The position numbers and the translations under genes were made by a program. Below the pieces are notes generated by a model. The model was not told the origin of the DNA. It saw only the letters and a program-made list of their open reading frames with translations, and made no database searches. A DNA stretch of 64,000 bases from Convolutriloba macropyga (Eukaryota), in contig NC_134473.1 in the NCBI RefSeq assembly GCF_964194025.1, positions 28,892,001-28,956,000 of the forward strand, written 5' to 3'. Numbering within the stretch: position 1 is the stretch's first letter; the number at the start of each line of letters is the position of its first letter. Positions 11,401 to 23,400 of the stretch are shown here, one piece after another.

Positions 11401-14400
11401 TTTTCATTTAAAAAATTTACTCAGTTTCATTGATTCACTTAGTTATGTTTTCACAATTTAACAATCCTAGAAAAGTTCATAAATAAAGCTAACTGAAATG
11501 AAACGAAAACATTTTTTTACCATTTTTGTTTACCATTCTGAAATTAGTTTTCGACGCTAAAATAATATTTTGGCTGGCTTACCTCAACTGGCATTCTTTT
11601 TTAAATATTTTAAAAGAGAGAGAAGAGAGTGAAAGATTAGATTAGATGAGAGATTAGATCCATTAACATACGGCTCAATAAAGCTGAGACAGTTAAATAA
11701 TTGCAATTGCGCGAAAAAAGAAGTAATTTTTCACAAAAGCCACAGTGTGAGATGACAATCCAGGAAAACTACTATGCATATTTCCACATAAAAAATTAAG
11801 AAAATTCACTTAGTTACATTTTCATTAAGAAAACTCGCTGGGTTTTATTGATTCACTTAGTTATATTTTCATAATTTAACCACCCTCAAAAATTTCAGAA
11901 ATAAAGCTAATTTAAATGAAAAGAAAACATTTTTACTATTTTTGTTTTCCATTCTGAAATTAGTTTTCGGCGCTAAAATATTATTTTGGTTGACGTACCT
12001 CCACTGGCAAATTTTTTAAAATAATTCGAAAGAGAGAGAAGATAATGAACAAGACTTCAATTTACCAAGAAAAGGTGTTTGAGTTATCAATTAAGTGAAA
12101 GATTAGATCAATTAACATGCGGCTTAATACAGCTGAGACAGTTAATTAATCGCATTTTTTAAAAAATATTTTGAACGAGAGAGATGAGAGCGAACAAGAC
12201 TTCAATTTACAAAGAAAAGGTGTTTGAGTTATCAATTAAGTGATAGATTAGATCAATTAACATACGGCTCAATAAAGCTGAGACAGTTAAATAAATGAAA
12301 TTGCGCAAAAAAAAGAAGTTAATTTCCACAAAAGCCGCCACAGTGAGACCTGACAATCCAGGAAAACGACTATGCATATTTCCACATAAAAAATTAACTA
12401 AATATCTGCATAAAAAATTAAGAAAATTCACTTAACTACATTTTCATTAAAAAAATTCACTCAGTTTCATTGATTCACTTAGCTATATTTTCATAATTTA
12501 ACAATCCTAGAAAAGTTTATAAATAAAGCTAATTGAAATGAAATGAAAACATTTTTACCATTTTTATTTTCCATTCTGAAATTAGTTTTTGACGCTAAAA
12601 TAATATTTTTGTTTGACTTACCTCAACCGGCAATTTCTTTTTAAAAATTTTGAAAGAGAGTTAAGAGAGTGAACAAGACTTCAATTTTCCAAGAAAAGGT
12701 GTTTGAGTTATCAATTAAGTGAAAGATTAGATCAATTAACATGCGGCTTAATACAGCTGAGACAGTTAAATAATCGCATTTTTTAAAAAATATTTTGAAC
12801 GAGAGAGATGAGAGCGAACAAGACTTCAATTTTCCAAGAAAAGGTGTTTGAGTTATCAATTAAGTGAAAGATTAGATCAATTAACATGCGGCTTAATACA
12901 GCTGAGACAGTTAAATAATCGCATTTTTTAAAAAATATTTTGAACGAGAGAGATGAGAGCGAACAAGACTTCAACTTACCGAGAAAAGGTGTTTGAGTTA
13001 TCAATTAAGTGATAGATTAGATCAATTAACATACGGCTCAATAAAGCTGAGACAGTTAAATAAATGCAATTGCGCAAAAAAAGAAGTAATTTTCCACAAA
13101 AGACACAGTGTGACCTGACAATCCAGGAAGACGACTATGAATGTTTCCACATAAAAAATTAACTAAAAATCTGCATAAAAAGTAAGAAAATTCACTTAAT
13201 TACATTTTCATTAAAAAAATTCACTCAGTTTCATTGATTCACTTAGCTATATTTTCATAATTTAACAATCCTAGAAAAATTCATAAATAAAGCTATTTGA
13301 AATGAAATGAAAACATTTTTACCATTTTTATTTTCCATTCCGAAATTAGTTTTCGACGCTAAAATAATATTTTGTTTGACTTACCTCAACCGACAATTTC
13401 TTTTTAAAAATTTTGAAAGAGAGATAAGAGAGTGAACAAGACTTCAAATCACCAAGAAAAAGTGTTTGAGTTATCAATTAAGTGAAAGATTATATCAATT
13501 AACATACGGCTCAATAAAACTTGAGACAGTAAAGGCTCAATAAAGCTTTAAATATTTTGAAACAGACAGAAGAGAGTGAACAAGACTTCAAATTACCAAG
13601 AAAAGGTGTTTGAGTTATCAATTAGGTGAGAGATTAGATCAATTAACATACGGCTCAAAAAAGCTGAGACAGTTAATTAATTGCAATTGCGCGAAAAAAG
13701 AAGTAATTTTCCACAAAAGCCACAGTGTGAGATGACAATCCAGGAAAACTACTATGCATATTTCCACATAAAAATTTAAGAAAATTCACTTAGTTACATT
13801 TTCATTAAAAAAATTCACTGGGTTTCATTGATTCACTTAGTTATATTTTCATAATTTAACAACCCTGGAAAATTTCAGAAATAAAGCTAATTGAAATAAA
13901 AAGAAAACAATTTTACCATTTGTGTTTTTCATTCTGAAATTAGTTTTCGGCGCTAAAATATTATTTTGGTTGACGTACCTCAACCGGCAAATTTTTTAAA
14001 TTATTTTGAAAGAGAGAGAAGAGAGTGAACAAGACTTCAATTTACCAAGCAAAGGTGTTTGAGTTATCAATTAAGTGAAAGATTAGATCAATTAACATGC
14101 GGCTCAATAAAACTGAGATAATTAAATAATTGCAATTGCGCGAAAAAGAAGTAATTTTCCACATAAGCCACAGTGTTTCTTGATAATCCATGAGAACTAC
14201 TATGCATATTTCCACATCAAAATTTAAAAAAAACCGCATAAAAATTAAGAAAATTTTAACTTAGTTACATTGATGCACTTAGTTACATTTTCATAGTTTA
14301 ACAATCCTGGAAAAAATCAGAAAAAAAGCGAATTGAAATGAAATAAAAACATTTTTTCTATTTCTGTTTTCCCTTCTGAAATTAGTTTTCGACGCAAAAA

Positions 14401-14670
14401 TATTATTTTGGTTGACTTACCTCAACCGGCAATTTCTTTTTTAAAAATTTTCAAAGAGAGAGAAGAGAGTGAACAAGACTTCAACTTACCAAGAAAAGGT
14501 GCTTGAGTTATCAATTAAGAGAAAGATTCGATCAATTAACATACGGCTCAATAAAGCTGAGACAGTTAAATAATTACAATTGCGCGAAAAAAGAAGTAAT
14601 TTTCCACAAAAGCCACAGTGTGGCCTGACAATCCAGGAGAACTACTATGCATATTTCCGCATGAAAAGTT
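8470..14670. repeat. Modular satellite array (~420-480 bp units, ~144 bp sub-module, ~1239 bp higher-order duplication)
   Basis: The GAAAGAGAGAGAAGAGAGTGAACAAGACTTCAA module recurs ~17 times (8661, 9105, 9754, 9900, 10344 ... 14452). 8661-9899 repeats near-identically from 9900. The short module is triplicated at ~12650/12795/12940. Confidence 0.95.
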
Positions 14671-14776
14671 TAAAAAATATCAATTTGTAGGTTACGCTGG
14701 CGATTAATCTCAAACAGATTAACAGAAGACTGCTCATTGAACTCGTTATTTTATACAGGATTGCAGTAAAAAAGGT

Positions 14777-14942
14777 GGATTTTTTCTGTTTGTGTCTCCA
14801 GCTCCTCCCATATTTAGTGGGTGCATTTTTTTTCGCCCCATCCCCCAAGACTATAAATTTACATAATGAATTACTATGCAATGACACGTGCTCTGTAACT
14901 GGGGGTGCATGACATAAAGGGATACACAAACAGAAAAGATCC
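14777..14942. mobile_element. GGATC-TIR MITE
   Basis: GGATTTTTTCTGTTTGTG...CACAAACAGAAAAGATCC; flanks AAAAAGGT/CAAAAAGT (degenerate 8-bp TSD). Confidence 0.8.
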
Positions 14943-15130
14943 CAAAAAGTTATAGAAATGAACTTTTTTTGCTGTTACGGAAAATTAGGACAAGTTATTA
15001 TCCACTCCTGAGGTTACCCGCTGTTGATTGATAAAGCAAATGATCCTCAAACTTGGAACAACCGTTTTTGATAGAATTTTTTAAAAAAAACGTAAACCTT
15101 GTTTGATTAATTGATTAGATATCGGTAATG

Positions 15131-15242
15131 GGATTTTTTCCGTTTGCTCCCCCCAGAGTGTTATGCACCACACAGTTACAGGCGTCTGGGGGTGCAAATA
15201 ATATGCACCAAGTAAGCTGGGGGGCAAAAACGGAGAAGATCT
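15131..15242. mobile_element. GGATC-TIR MITE
   Basis: GGATTTTTTCCGTTTG...AAAACGGAGAAGATCT; flanks CGGTAATG/TGGTAACG (8-bp TSD, two transitions). Confidence 0.8.
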
Positions 15243-15299
15243 TGGTAACGAATTGGAAATATAAAGTAATGGTGTCTATAGTCAGCTCTTCCCGGGCAT

Positions 15300-17830
15300 C
15301 AATTTAGCCCCTTATAATTTCAATGCTCCATCATCAAGTTTCACATCTGGAAACCATGCATGCGATTCTTACAGTAAAATTAATAAGACACAGTAGCTAT
15401 ATACACGAAATTTATAAGCTGGAAAAATTAAAGGGAAAACTGTGGCGTAGGGAATTGAGAGTACGACTAGCTTTCGCAAGTTTATCTCTGAGCTGACAAT
15501 CCCATTTCAAATTAACAGCAATATTGCTGCCCATATCAGAAGCAACATTTATACAACTTAGTTTAAAGTCACCAAAGCTGAGATCTGCCTGCTCGTTCAA
15601 CTCAAATGCATAAAATGACAATTCGTTATGTTGAAATTGGAGCGATTTTCTTGCCACCATGCAAAGAGCAAATCAATGTCCTCTTCGAATTTACTTAGCT
15701 GATCAAAATTGCTACAGCAAAATTTACTGTCATCAGCAAAACCAAACACACTCTAAGTACGTTGTAACCCAGGTTTTGGTCCAGACCCAAATTGAGCTAT
15801 GATCAGACCCAATCGAGCGCACACCCCTGTGTTCCCAGACCGAAATTACAGGGTCTGGAAGGCGGTTCGAGCGCACAATAGTCTGGACCATTGTCTGATT
15901 TCGGTCTGATCAGAGGTCAATTCGGTCTGGACGGTCTGATCACAGACCTTATAATCTGGACCACGGTCTGGGTTCAGTCTGATCAGAGGTCAATTCGGTC
16001 TGGAAGGTCTCATTTCGAGTGCATTATTTTTCTTTTTTTTTTGTTTTTTTGAGGGATGTTGGCTCTGCCAAGAGACAACAATAAAGCAGCGTTCCGATCA
16101 AAGACTCGCCTAAAGTCCGATGACTCTGATCAGAAACAAGGAGTCCAGCTGATAGCAAATGCCGGTCCCCTCAAGAGGAAATTTTGATTAACTGAAGACC
16201 ACGACCTTTCTTGTGGAAAGCTGTCTAAGTTCATCCATTGAGTCAGAAATATGAACTAAGGGGTATGGTGAAAAAAATGTTTTTCTTAACAGTTAGGTTT
16301 CGTTTTCATTAGCAATATTTTCAGAATTGGCTTTTCCTTAGATGATTTTAATACTGCAAACACCAGTTTTTATGAAATGAATATTTTATTGCAAAATTAA
16401 GAGATTTGTTCATAATTAAAATCTTTCTCTGATCAGACTACTTTGAGCGCACTTGAGTCTGATCAAAGTCTGATTAAGGTCTGAGCAATGGACTGAATTT
16501 GAGTCTGGACCATAGTCTGAAGGTGGTCTGATTATAGTCTGGACAATGGTCTGAATTTGGGTCTGATCATAAGCGCACTATAGTCTGGACAGTGGTCTGG
16601 GTTCGGTCTGATCAGAGGACATTTTGGTCTGGAAAGTCTGATCAGTGATCATTTTGGTCTGCAAGGTCTGATCAGAGGTAACCTCGGTCTGGAAAGTCTG
16701 ATCAGAGGTCATTTCAGTCTGCATAGTCTGATCATAGCTCAATTTGGGTCTGGACCTAAACCTGGGAACCCAAGCATGTTGTCAATATAGAGGAAAAAAA
16801 TCAAATTACACTGCTTTGAGGTACTAGGGTGATAACTTCAAGAGGATTTGATACAAACAAATTCAATTCTAACATTTTGCTTTTTGCGTTCCGCATATTT
16901 AGTAAGACTTCCTCAGAAAGATAAACGGAGTATCAAATCTAAAATAAACTAGCTCTTTAATCAAATATTCATTGAAAGCAGTATTGGATGTTTTGCTGAA
17001 GTTAAAGTATAACAGGAATTGTTCGACGTTTTCAAAGTTTTGCAAAAAAATTTATGCAAAAAAAAACAAAAGCTGAGGAACTGTAGAGCACCGTCTTCTA
17101 AATTCATTTTGATTTGAACTTAATTCGATGTTTAATATGCTGTGAAAACGTAATCGAATATGATCTTCTCAAGAACCAGAGACAATCTGGGAGGATAGAA
17201 AAAGGTAGATCATTTTCAATTTCGTTTTGAGAATCTTTCTTGTGCAGAGGAGAGGAGTCACGTGAGCACAATTCCGAAAAATTTTGCAACAATTGAGTGC
17301 CAATTTTTGACTTGAGAAGAATGTACACATGAGGTGCTACACTTTTGCTGCAAGTTTCCAGAATAAAGGAAGGTAGACCATCGCAGGCAGCTGGCGCAAC
17401 TCAGGCAACTAAATCCAAACATTTTTCAATTTCTGTAATAGACAATGGAACATCGTCAAACATAATATTGCCACAACCTGAGATATCACAGCGGAGACAA
17501 TCCTCAGTACGTTTACTGTAATTAGAATGAAAAGAAAATATTGAAAAATTTTGTTGTCCTTAAACATAACACCAGGAAAAGATACCGCAATTAATTTCTC
17601 GAGAAGTGCGAAAGTCTTGTTAACAAATATGAATTTTGCATTATCCAAATACAAAAACTTTGTCCCTGGCAGCGAACACTTCGACATCCTTTTCTATTTG
17701 TTCTATAGCTTTGGCACCAGCTCTCCGCTTTTCGACCGAATCGAGCTTATAAGAGACGTAGAAAAGATGGTCTTAGTTTTTGAGGAGCGATTAAATAACG
17801 TTTTTTCTTATTAAAAGGGTTAAAAGCATA
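15300..17830 (-). pseudogene. Decayed non-LTR (CR1/L2-like) LINE reverse transcriptase fragment
   Basis: Minus-strand motifs in the expected order: DGLPSFILETCSKSVAP, SILP/RLSLVLE, VPQSSV..FLYIDNM, then VFGFADDSKF, and ASRTLNSLRHSF. Removing 15768-16766 restores continuity. Confidence 0.8.
15768..16766. mobile_element. Non-autonomous DNA transposon with CCC termini (CMC/EnSpm-like)
   Basis: ~41 bp TIR CCCAGGTTTTGGTCCAGACCCAAATTGAGCTATGATCAGAC / GTCTGATCATAGCTCAATTTGGGTCTGGACCTAAACCTGGG; AA on both flanks (2-bp TSD); subterminal ~30 bp GTCTG-rich repeats. Confidence 0.85.
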
Positions 17831-17948
17831 GATTAACTGTTAAATATTAACTGCCTTTATGTACTGTTAGGTCCGGACAGTTGAATATAGTACAAAAAAC
17901 TTGTAAAAATATCGTTTGCTATGTTTAAAAAGTGAATGGTGCAGACTT

Positions 17949-18055
17949 TAGCTCGTCTATGATACAGTTTCTAGCTCGTCTGTGGGACTGAAGGTGGTTC
18001 GTGTATGTGGCAGAATGTGGCTCGTCTATGTTCCACAATTGGTGCGTCAATGTTG
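17949..18055. repeat. Degenerate 23-bp minisatellite (~5 units)
   Basis: GCTCGTCTATG-like cores at ~17951, 17974, 17997, 18020, 18043. Confidence 0.6.
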
Positions 18056-18339
18056 CTGACTTTGAATCGACCGTACCTAGTGCGTTAATGATGCTCGACC
18101 TGAAGTACGTGCTCGTTGATGCTGCTCATTCAACAGGAATCCTTGACCGTGTATTTTTTTAACGTACCGTACCCCTGTGTGCGTTCGAGAATGGTCTGTG
18201 TCATAAATGAGGACAAACGAAAACCTCGACCTGGGTATTTAGGTGAAGCAATTTTTGTAAAGCAAATTACGTCTTCTATGTCGATTTCTCGCCATACAGT
18301 TCTGCAGACAATTGATTATGGTGATGTACCACTTTGATA

Positions 18340-20440
18340 TAACAAATGGATTTTCCAATTTCCCACTATATAAAACGAAAAAGCAATCGATTTCGAAAAT
18401 TTTTATCCATTGAGTTAGGTCATTTCACCCACAATAAAAATTCAATGTCAATTCCTGGTTTGTATACTTTTCCGCGTGTTGACCACCACGGAACGTTTGT
18501 TGTTCTTAATTTTGCGTGGATGACTGTTGGCTGTTTGTCCAAAGTAAGTGGATTGAAAACCACTGCAGTTAATTTCATACAAAAAAAGATATTTTAAAAC
18601 GTCTTGAAAAGACGTCTTCAAGTGGATTAGGCAAGCTTTCAAACCTGATGTGGTGAAGACAATGGAAACGTCAAATCACTTCGACAGTTTCCTATTGAAC
18701 CGTAAAAGCTGATATTGTCTGGAATTCTATAATTATTTTAATCAGCTTTGCTATTCTTATTTTTTTCCTTTGGATTTCTGATTTTCGGTGCCTTTGGATG
18801 GTTGTCTAACAATTTTTTCTCATGAACAGTTTTAGATTTTCAGCTTTCCGGATATTGATTTTTTTCCGAATTCACTTAGTTTTCTGTAATTAATTGCTTC
18901 GAAAAACCCGCATATGTGCTTGTGTTTCCGGAAACTTGATGGAAAGTTCACTTCAGCGACATTTTCAAAAATTAACTAAGAGTACCGGCGCAAAATTCAA
19001 TGGTGAAACCTCTTTTCGTTTATCTTAAGTTTATCTGTGTCAACAACTAAAGTCAGTTATGCAAAAAACTTTCCGAACAATTTGATTGCAATGTTTTGAA
19101 AACCAAAAGACGCTATTCTCAAGGATTTAAACCATAAAACAATTATTCAATTTCATATTAGGAACTGCCAAGAAAAAGTTTTGAGACTTTGAAGATAAGT
19201 TTGCTGGAAAATGTTGAAGTATTTCCGCCAAATCCCATCACAATCCCACAAAAAAAACAGGAGAAAAGAACAAAAATTTAGCTTAATCTGAAATTAAGTT
19301 CAACTTTTTTTAGGACAATTCAAAAAATTTATAGACTAGAATTTTTAGGGGTATTTCAATTATGTAAGACCCATATTCAGTTTTTTATTTTCTTTCTGTT
19401 TTGAGAGGGAAAGATTTTTTCAATTGATCAAAATTTTTGGATATTTTCCATTTGGGTCCTCTCCCAATTACGCTTTGCTTCCCCCATGTAATTACGTGTT
19501 AAATCATTACGAAGCAATTTAGCACTTCCGTTAGAAGGGTGCAAATGATAATCACCCACATAGCAACGGCCGGGCGCCATGGCAAGCGATCCGAGCATTC
19601 TTCTAAAACACACATCTTAACTGTACTTGAATAGTCATTGGTCAAATAAAAGTGATTCTAGTCGAAATAACATCAAAATTTATACATATAAACAGGTAAG
19701 ATATCTTTTTGAATATTTGAATTCACAACAGTAAAATTTTGAAGCCTTGAAAATCACCATTTTTTGAGCTCTGGATATCATGTTTTCCCTTCCTCGTCAG
19801 AAATTTTTGTTGCTCAATTCCTATGTTGGCTTTGGGAGCATTGGATTGACAAAATAGTCCATCTAAAAGACTATCCAAATTATCGATAGAATTGCATCCT
19901 TCACATATATCCTCATATACCGGTTGCAATTTAAAGTGTGTTGTCCCCGATGTTTAGTCATTGAAGAATTCTTCTGCTGCATTGAATGTCTCATAGCAGG
20001 CTTGCTTTTATCTTAAATGGAACCAGAGTAATTATGAGAAATCAGGATTTACTAAACTAGAAAAAGTTTTTTGTTTTGGAGCACAGTTTGCGCTCATAAA
20101 ATGTCATCTACCGTGCTACATTAAAGTTTTAATGAAATAACTTGGATTGGATATATTTCAGGAAGCCATTAAGTTTCTTTGGTTTCAATTCAATTCTCTG
20201 TATTGTGTCTAGTAAGACACTCCAATAAATCAAGACAAACTCTAATACCTAGAATAGTTTGGTTCTTTCTTTCTAACATTTGCAAAGGTTTCGCGAGTTT
20301 TCATCACTCAGTAACATTTTCATCACCCTGCTGGGGAGCCCACTTTTTGCTGTTTGAAATTTTGCGTGTATAGATATCGACATGTTTAAATAAAATAGGT
20401 GAATTGATATCCAGGGCGTTTAATTTCAATTACCACGTGA
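18340..20440 (-). mobile_element. Decayed Penelope-like element (RT + GIY-YIG endonuclease)
   Basis: IVFTTSGLKACLIHLKTSF..LYEINCSGFQSTYFGQT (GIY-YIG, ~18450-18690), KNQYPE (~18850-18865) and LVPF-DK (~20010-20030) lie in PLE domain order. Confidence 0.75.
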
Positions 20441-20479
20441 GATTTTTGAAAGACTAATTTGAACACGTTTAGCGGAGAG

Positions 20480-23400
20480 TTCGTCACTTCCAATCCTGTG
20501 CCAACAAAAAAACTGAAAAAAAAAGAAATATATATTACACTTGCCACATCTGAAAACCATTTTAAATTCGATTTGAGGAGAATCTGTCAGTTTTTTAGCT
20601 ATCTTTCATTTATGAGATTTTTTATTGTGTACGACCTATATTCAATTGACTTTTCTTTGAATTTTTTTGCAAGCTTCGATGAAACAAAAAGATTTTTGTC
20701 CGTCGAAAAGAATTCTTTTTTTCGTGTCCAATTTAGGTTTAATTTGTTGTACATATAAAGTGAATTTAAATGTATCAATAATGATGTCCAGTATCGAATC
20801 TGACTCCACTAATTGTGTACCATTGACATTGTCTAAACTGTTTAAAGAACCCAGCACAAAATCTGATTTTGAAGCATTCATGAGTTCATTGTTTTCATTT
20901 TTAGCTTTATAGTCAACAATTTTTATCGGCCCTTTTTAAAGCTTTCAAAATTACTGATTGGGGTATTTTGAATCCAAGTGATGCTAAACTCTAGGCTTTT
21001 TACGATGATATATTCAAACAAATGCAAATGTAAGACCTGCCGTACAAAATTTTTTTCACACTGCTATTATAGTCCTGCGATATCGAAGTAAATTCGTCAC
21101 TTCCAATCCTGTGCCAACAAAAAAAACTGAAAAAAAAGAAATATTCATTACACTTGCCACATCTGAAAACCATTTTAAATTCGATTTGAGGAGAATCTGT
21201 CAGTTTTTTAGCTATCTTTTATTTATGAGCTTTTTTATTGTGTACGACCTATATTCAATTGACTTTTCTTTGAATTTTTTTGCAAGCTTTGATGAAACAA
21301 AAAGATTTTTGTCAATCGAAAAGAATTCTTTTTTTCGTGTCCAATTTAGGTTTAATTTGTTGTACATATAAAGTGAATTTAAATGTATCAATAATGATAT
21401 CCAGTATCGAATCTGACTCCACTAATTGCGTACCATTGGCATTGTTTAAATTGTCTAAAGAACCCAGCACAAAATCTGATTTTGAAGCTTTCATGAGTTC
21501 ATCGTTTTCATTTTTAGCTTTGTAGTCAACAATTTTTATCGGCCCTTCTTAAAGCTTTCAAAATTACTGATTGGGGTATTTTGAGTCCAATTGATGCTAA
21601 ACTCTAGGCTTTTTACGATGATATATTCAAACAAATGCAAATGTAAGACCTGCCGTACAAAATATTTTTCAGACTGCTATTATAGTCCTGCGATATTGAA
21701 GTAAATTCGTCACTTCCAATCCTGTGCCAACAAAAAAACTGAAAAAAAAGAAATATTCATTACACTTGCCACATCTGAAAACCATTTTAAATTCGATTTG
21801 AGGAGAATCTGTCAGTTTTTTAGCAATCTTTCATTTATGAGCTTTTTTATTGTGTACGACCTATATTCAATTGACTTTTCTTTGAATTTTTTTGCAAGCT
21901 CTGATGAAACAAAAAGATTTTTGTCAATCGAAAAAAATTATTTTTTTCGTGTCCAATTTAGGTTTAATTTGTTGTACATATAAATTGAATTTAAATGTAT
22001 CTATAATGATATCGAGTATCGAATCTGACTCCACTAATTGTGTACCATTGACATTGTCTAAACTGTTTAAAGAACCCAGCACAAAATCTGATTTTGAAGC
22101 ATTCATGAGTTCATTGTTTTCATTTTTAGCTTTGTAGTCAACAATTTTTATCGGCCCTTTTTAAAGCTTTCAAAATTACTGATTGGGGTAATTTGAATCC
22201 AAGTGATGCTAAACTCTAGGCTTTTTACGATGATATATTCAAACAAATGCAAATGTGAGACCTGCCGTACAAAATATTTTTCACGCTGCTATTATAGTCC
22301 TGCGATATCGAAGTAAATTTGTCACTTCCAATCCTGTGCCAACAAAAAAACTGAAAAAAAAAGAAATATTCATTACACTTGCCACATCTGAAAACCATTT
22401 TAAATTCGATTTGAGGAGAATCTGTCATTTTTTTAGCTATCTTCTATTTATGAGCTTTTTTATTGTGTACGACCTATATTCAATTGACTTTTCTTTGAAT
22501 TTTTTTGCAAGCTTTGATGAAACAAAAAGATTTTTGTCAATCGAAAAGAATTTTTTTTTTCGTGTCCAATTTAGGTTTAATTTGTTGTACATATAAAGTG
22601 AATTTAAATGTATCAATAATGATATCCAGTATCGAATCTGACTCCACTAATTGTATACCATTGACATTGTCTAAACTGTTTAAAGAACCCAGCACAAAAT
22701 CTGATTTTGAAGCATTCATGAGTTCATTGTTTTCATTTTTAGCTTTGTAGTCAACAATTTTTATCGGCCCTTTTTAAAGCTTTCAAAATTACTGATTGGG
22801 GTATTTTGAATCCAAGTGATGCTAAACTCTAGGCTTTTTACGATGATATATTCAAACAAATGCAAATGTAAGACCCGCCGTACAAAATATTTTTCACACT
22901 GCTATTATAGTCCTGCGATATCGAAGTAAATTCGTCACTTCCAATCCTGTGCCAACAAAAAAACTGAAAAAAAGAAATATTCATTACACTTGCCACATCT
23001 GAAAACCATTTTATATTCGATTTGAGGAGAATTTGTCAGTTTTTTAGCTATCTTTCATTTATGAGCGTTTTTTTATTGTGTACGACTTATATTCAATTGA
23101 CTTTTCTTTGAATTTGTTTGCAAGCTTTGATGAAACAAAAAGATTTTTGTCAGTCGAAAAAATTATTTTTTTCGTGTCCAATTTAGGTTTAATTTGTTGT
23201 ACATATAAATTGAATTTAAATGTATCTATAATGATATCGAGTATCGATTCTGACTCCACTAATTGTGTACCATTGACATTGTCTAAACTGTTTAAAGAAC
23301 CCAGCACAAAATCTGATTTTGAAGCATTCATGAGTTCATTGTTTTCATTTTTAGCTTTGTAGTCAACAATTTTTATCGGCCCTTTTTAAAGCTTTCAAAA

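Noticed and set aside
15890-16740. ~30 bp periodic repeats as a CRISPR array (also 33780-33925 and 61520-62110)
   Set aside because: No unique spacers, degenerate units, no cas genes, eukaryotic TE context; they are subterminal or minisatellite repeats.
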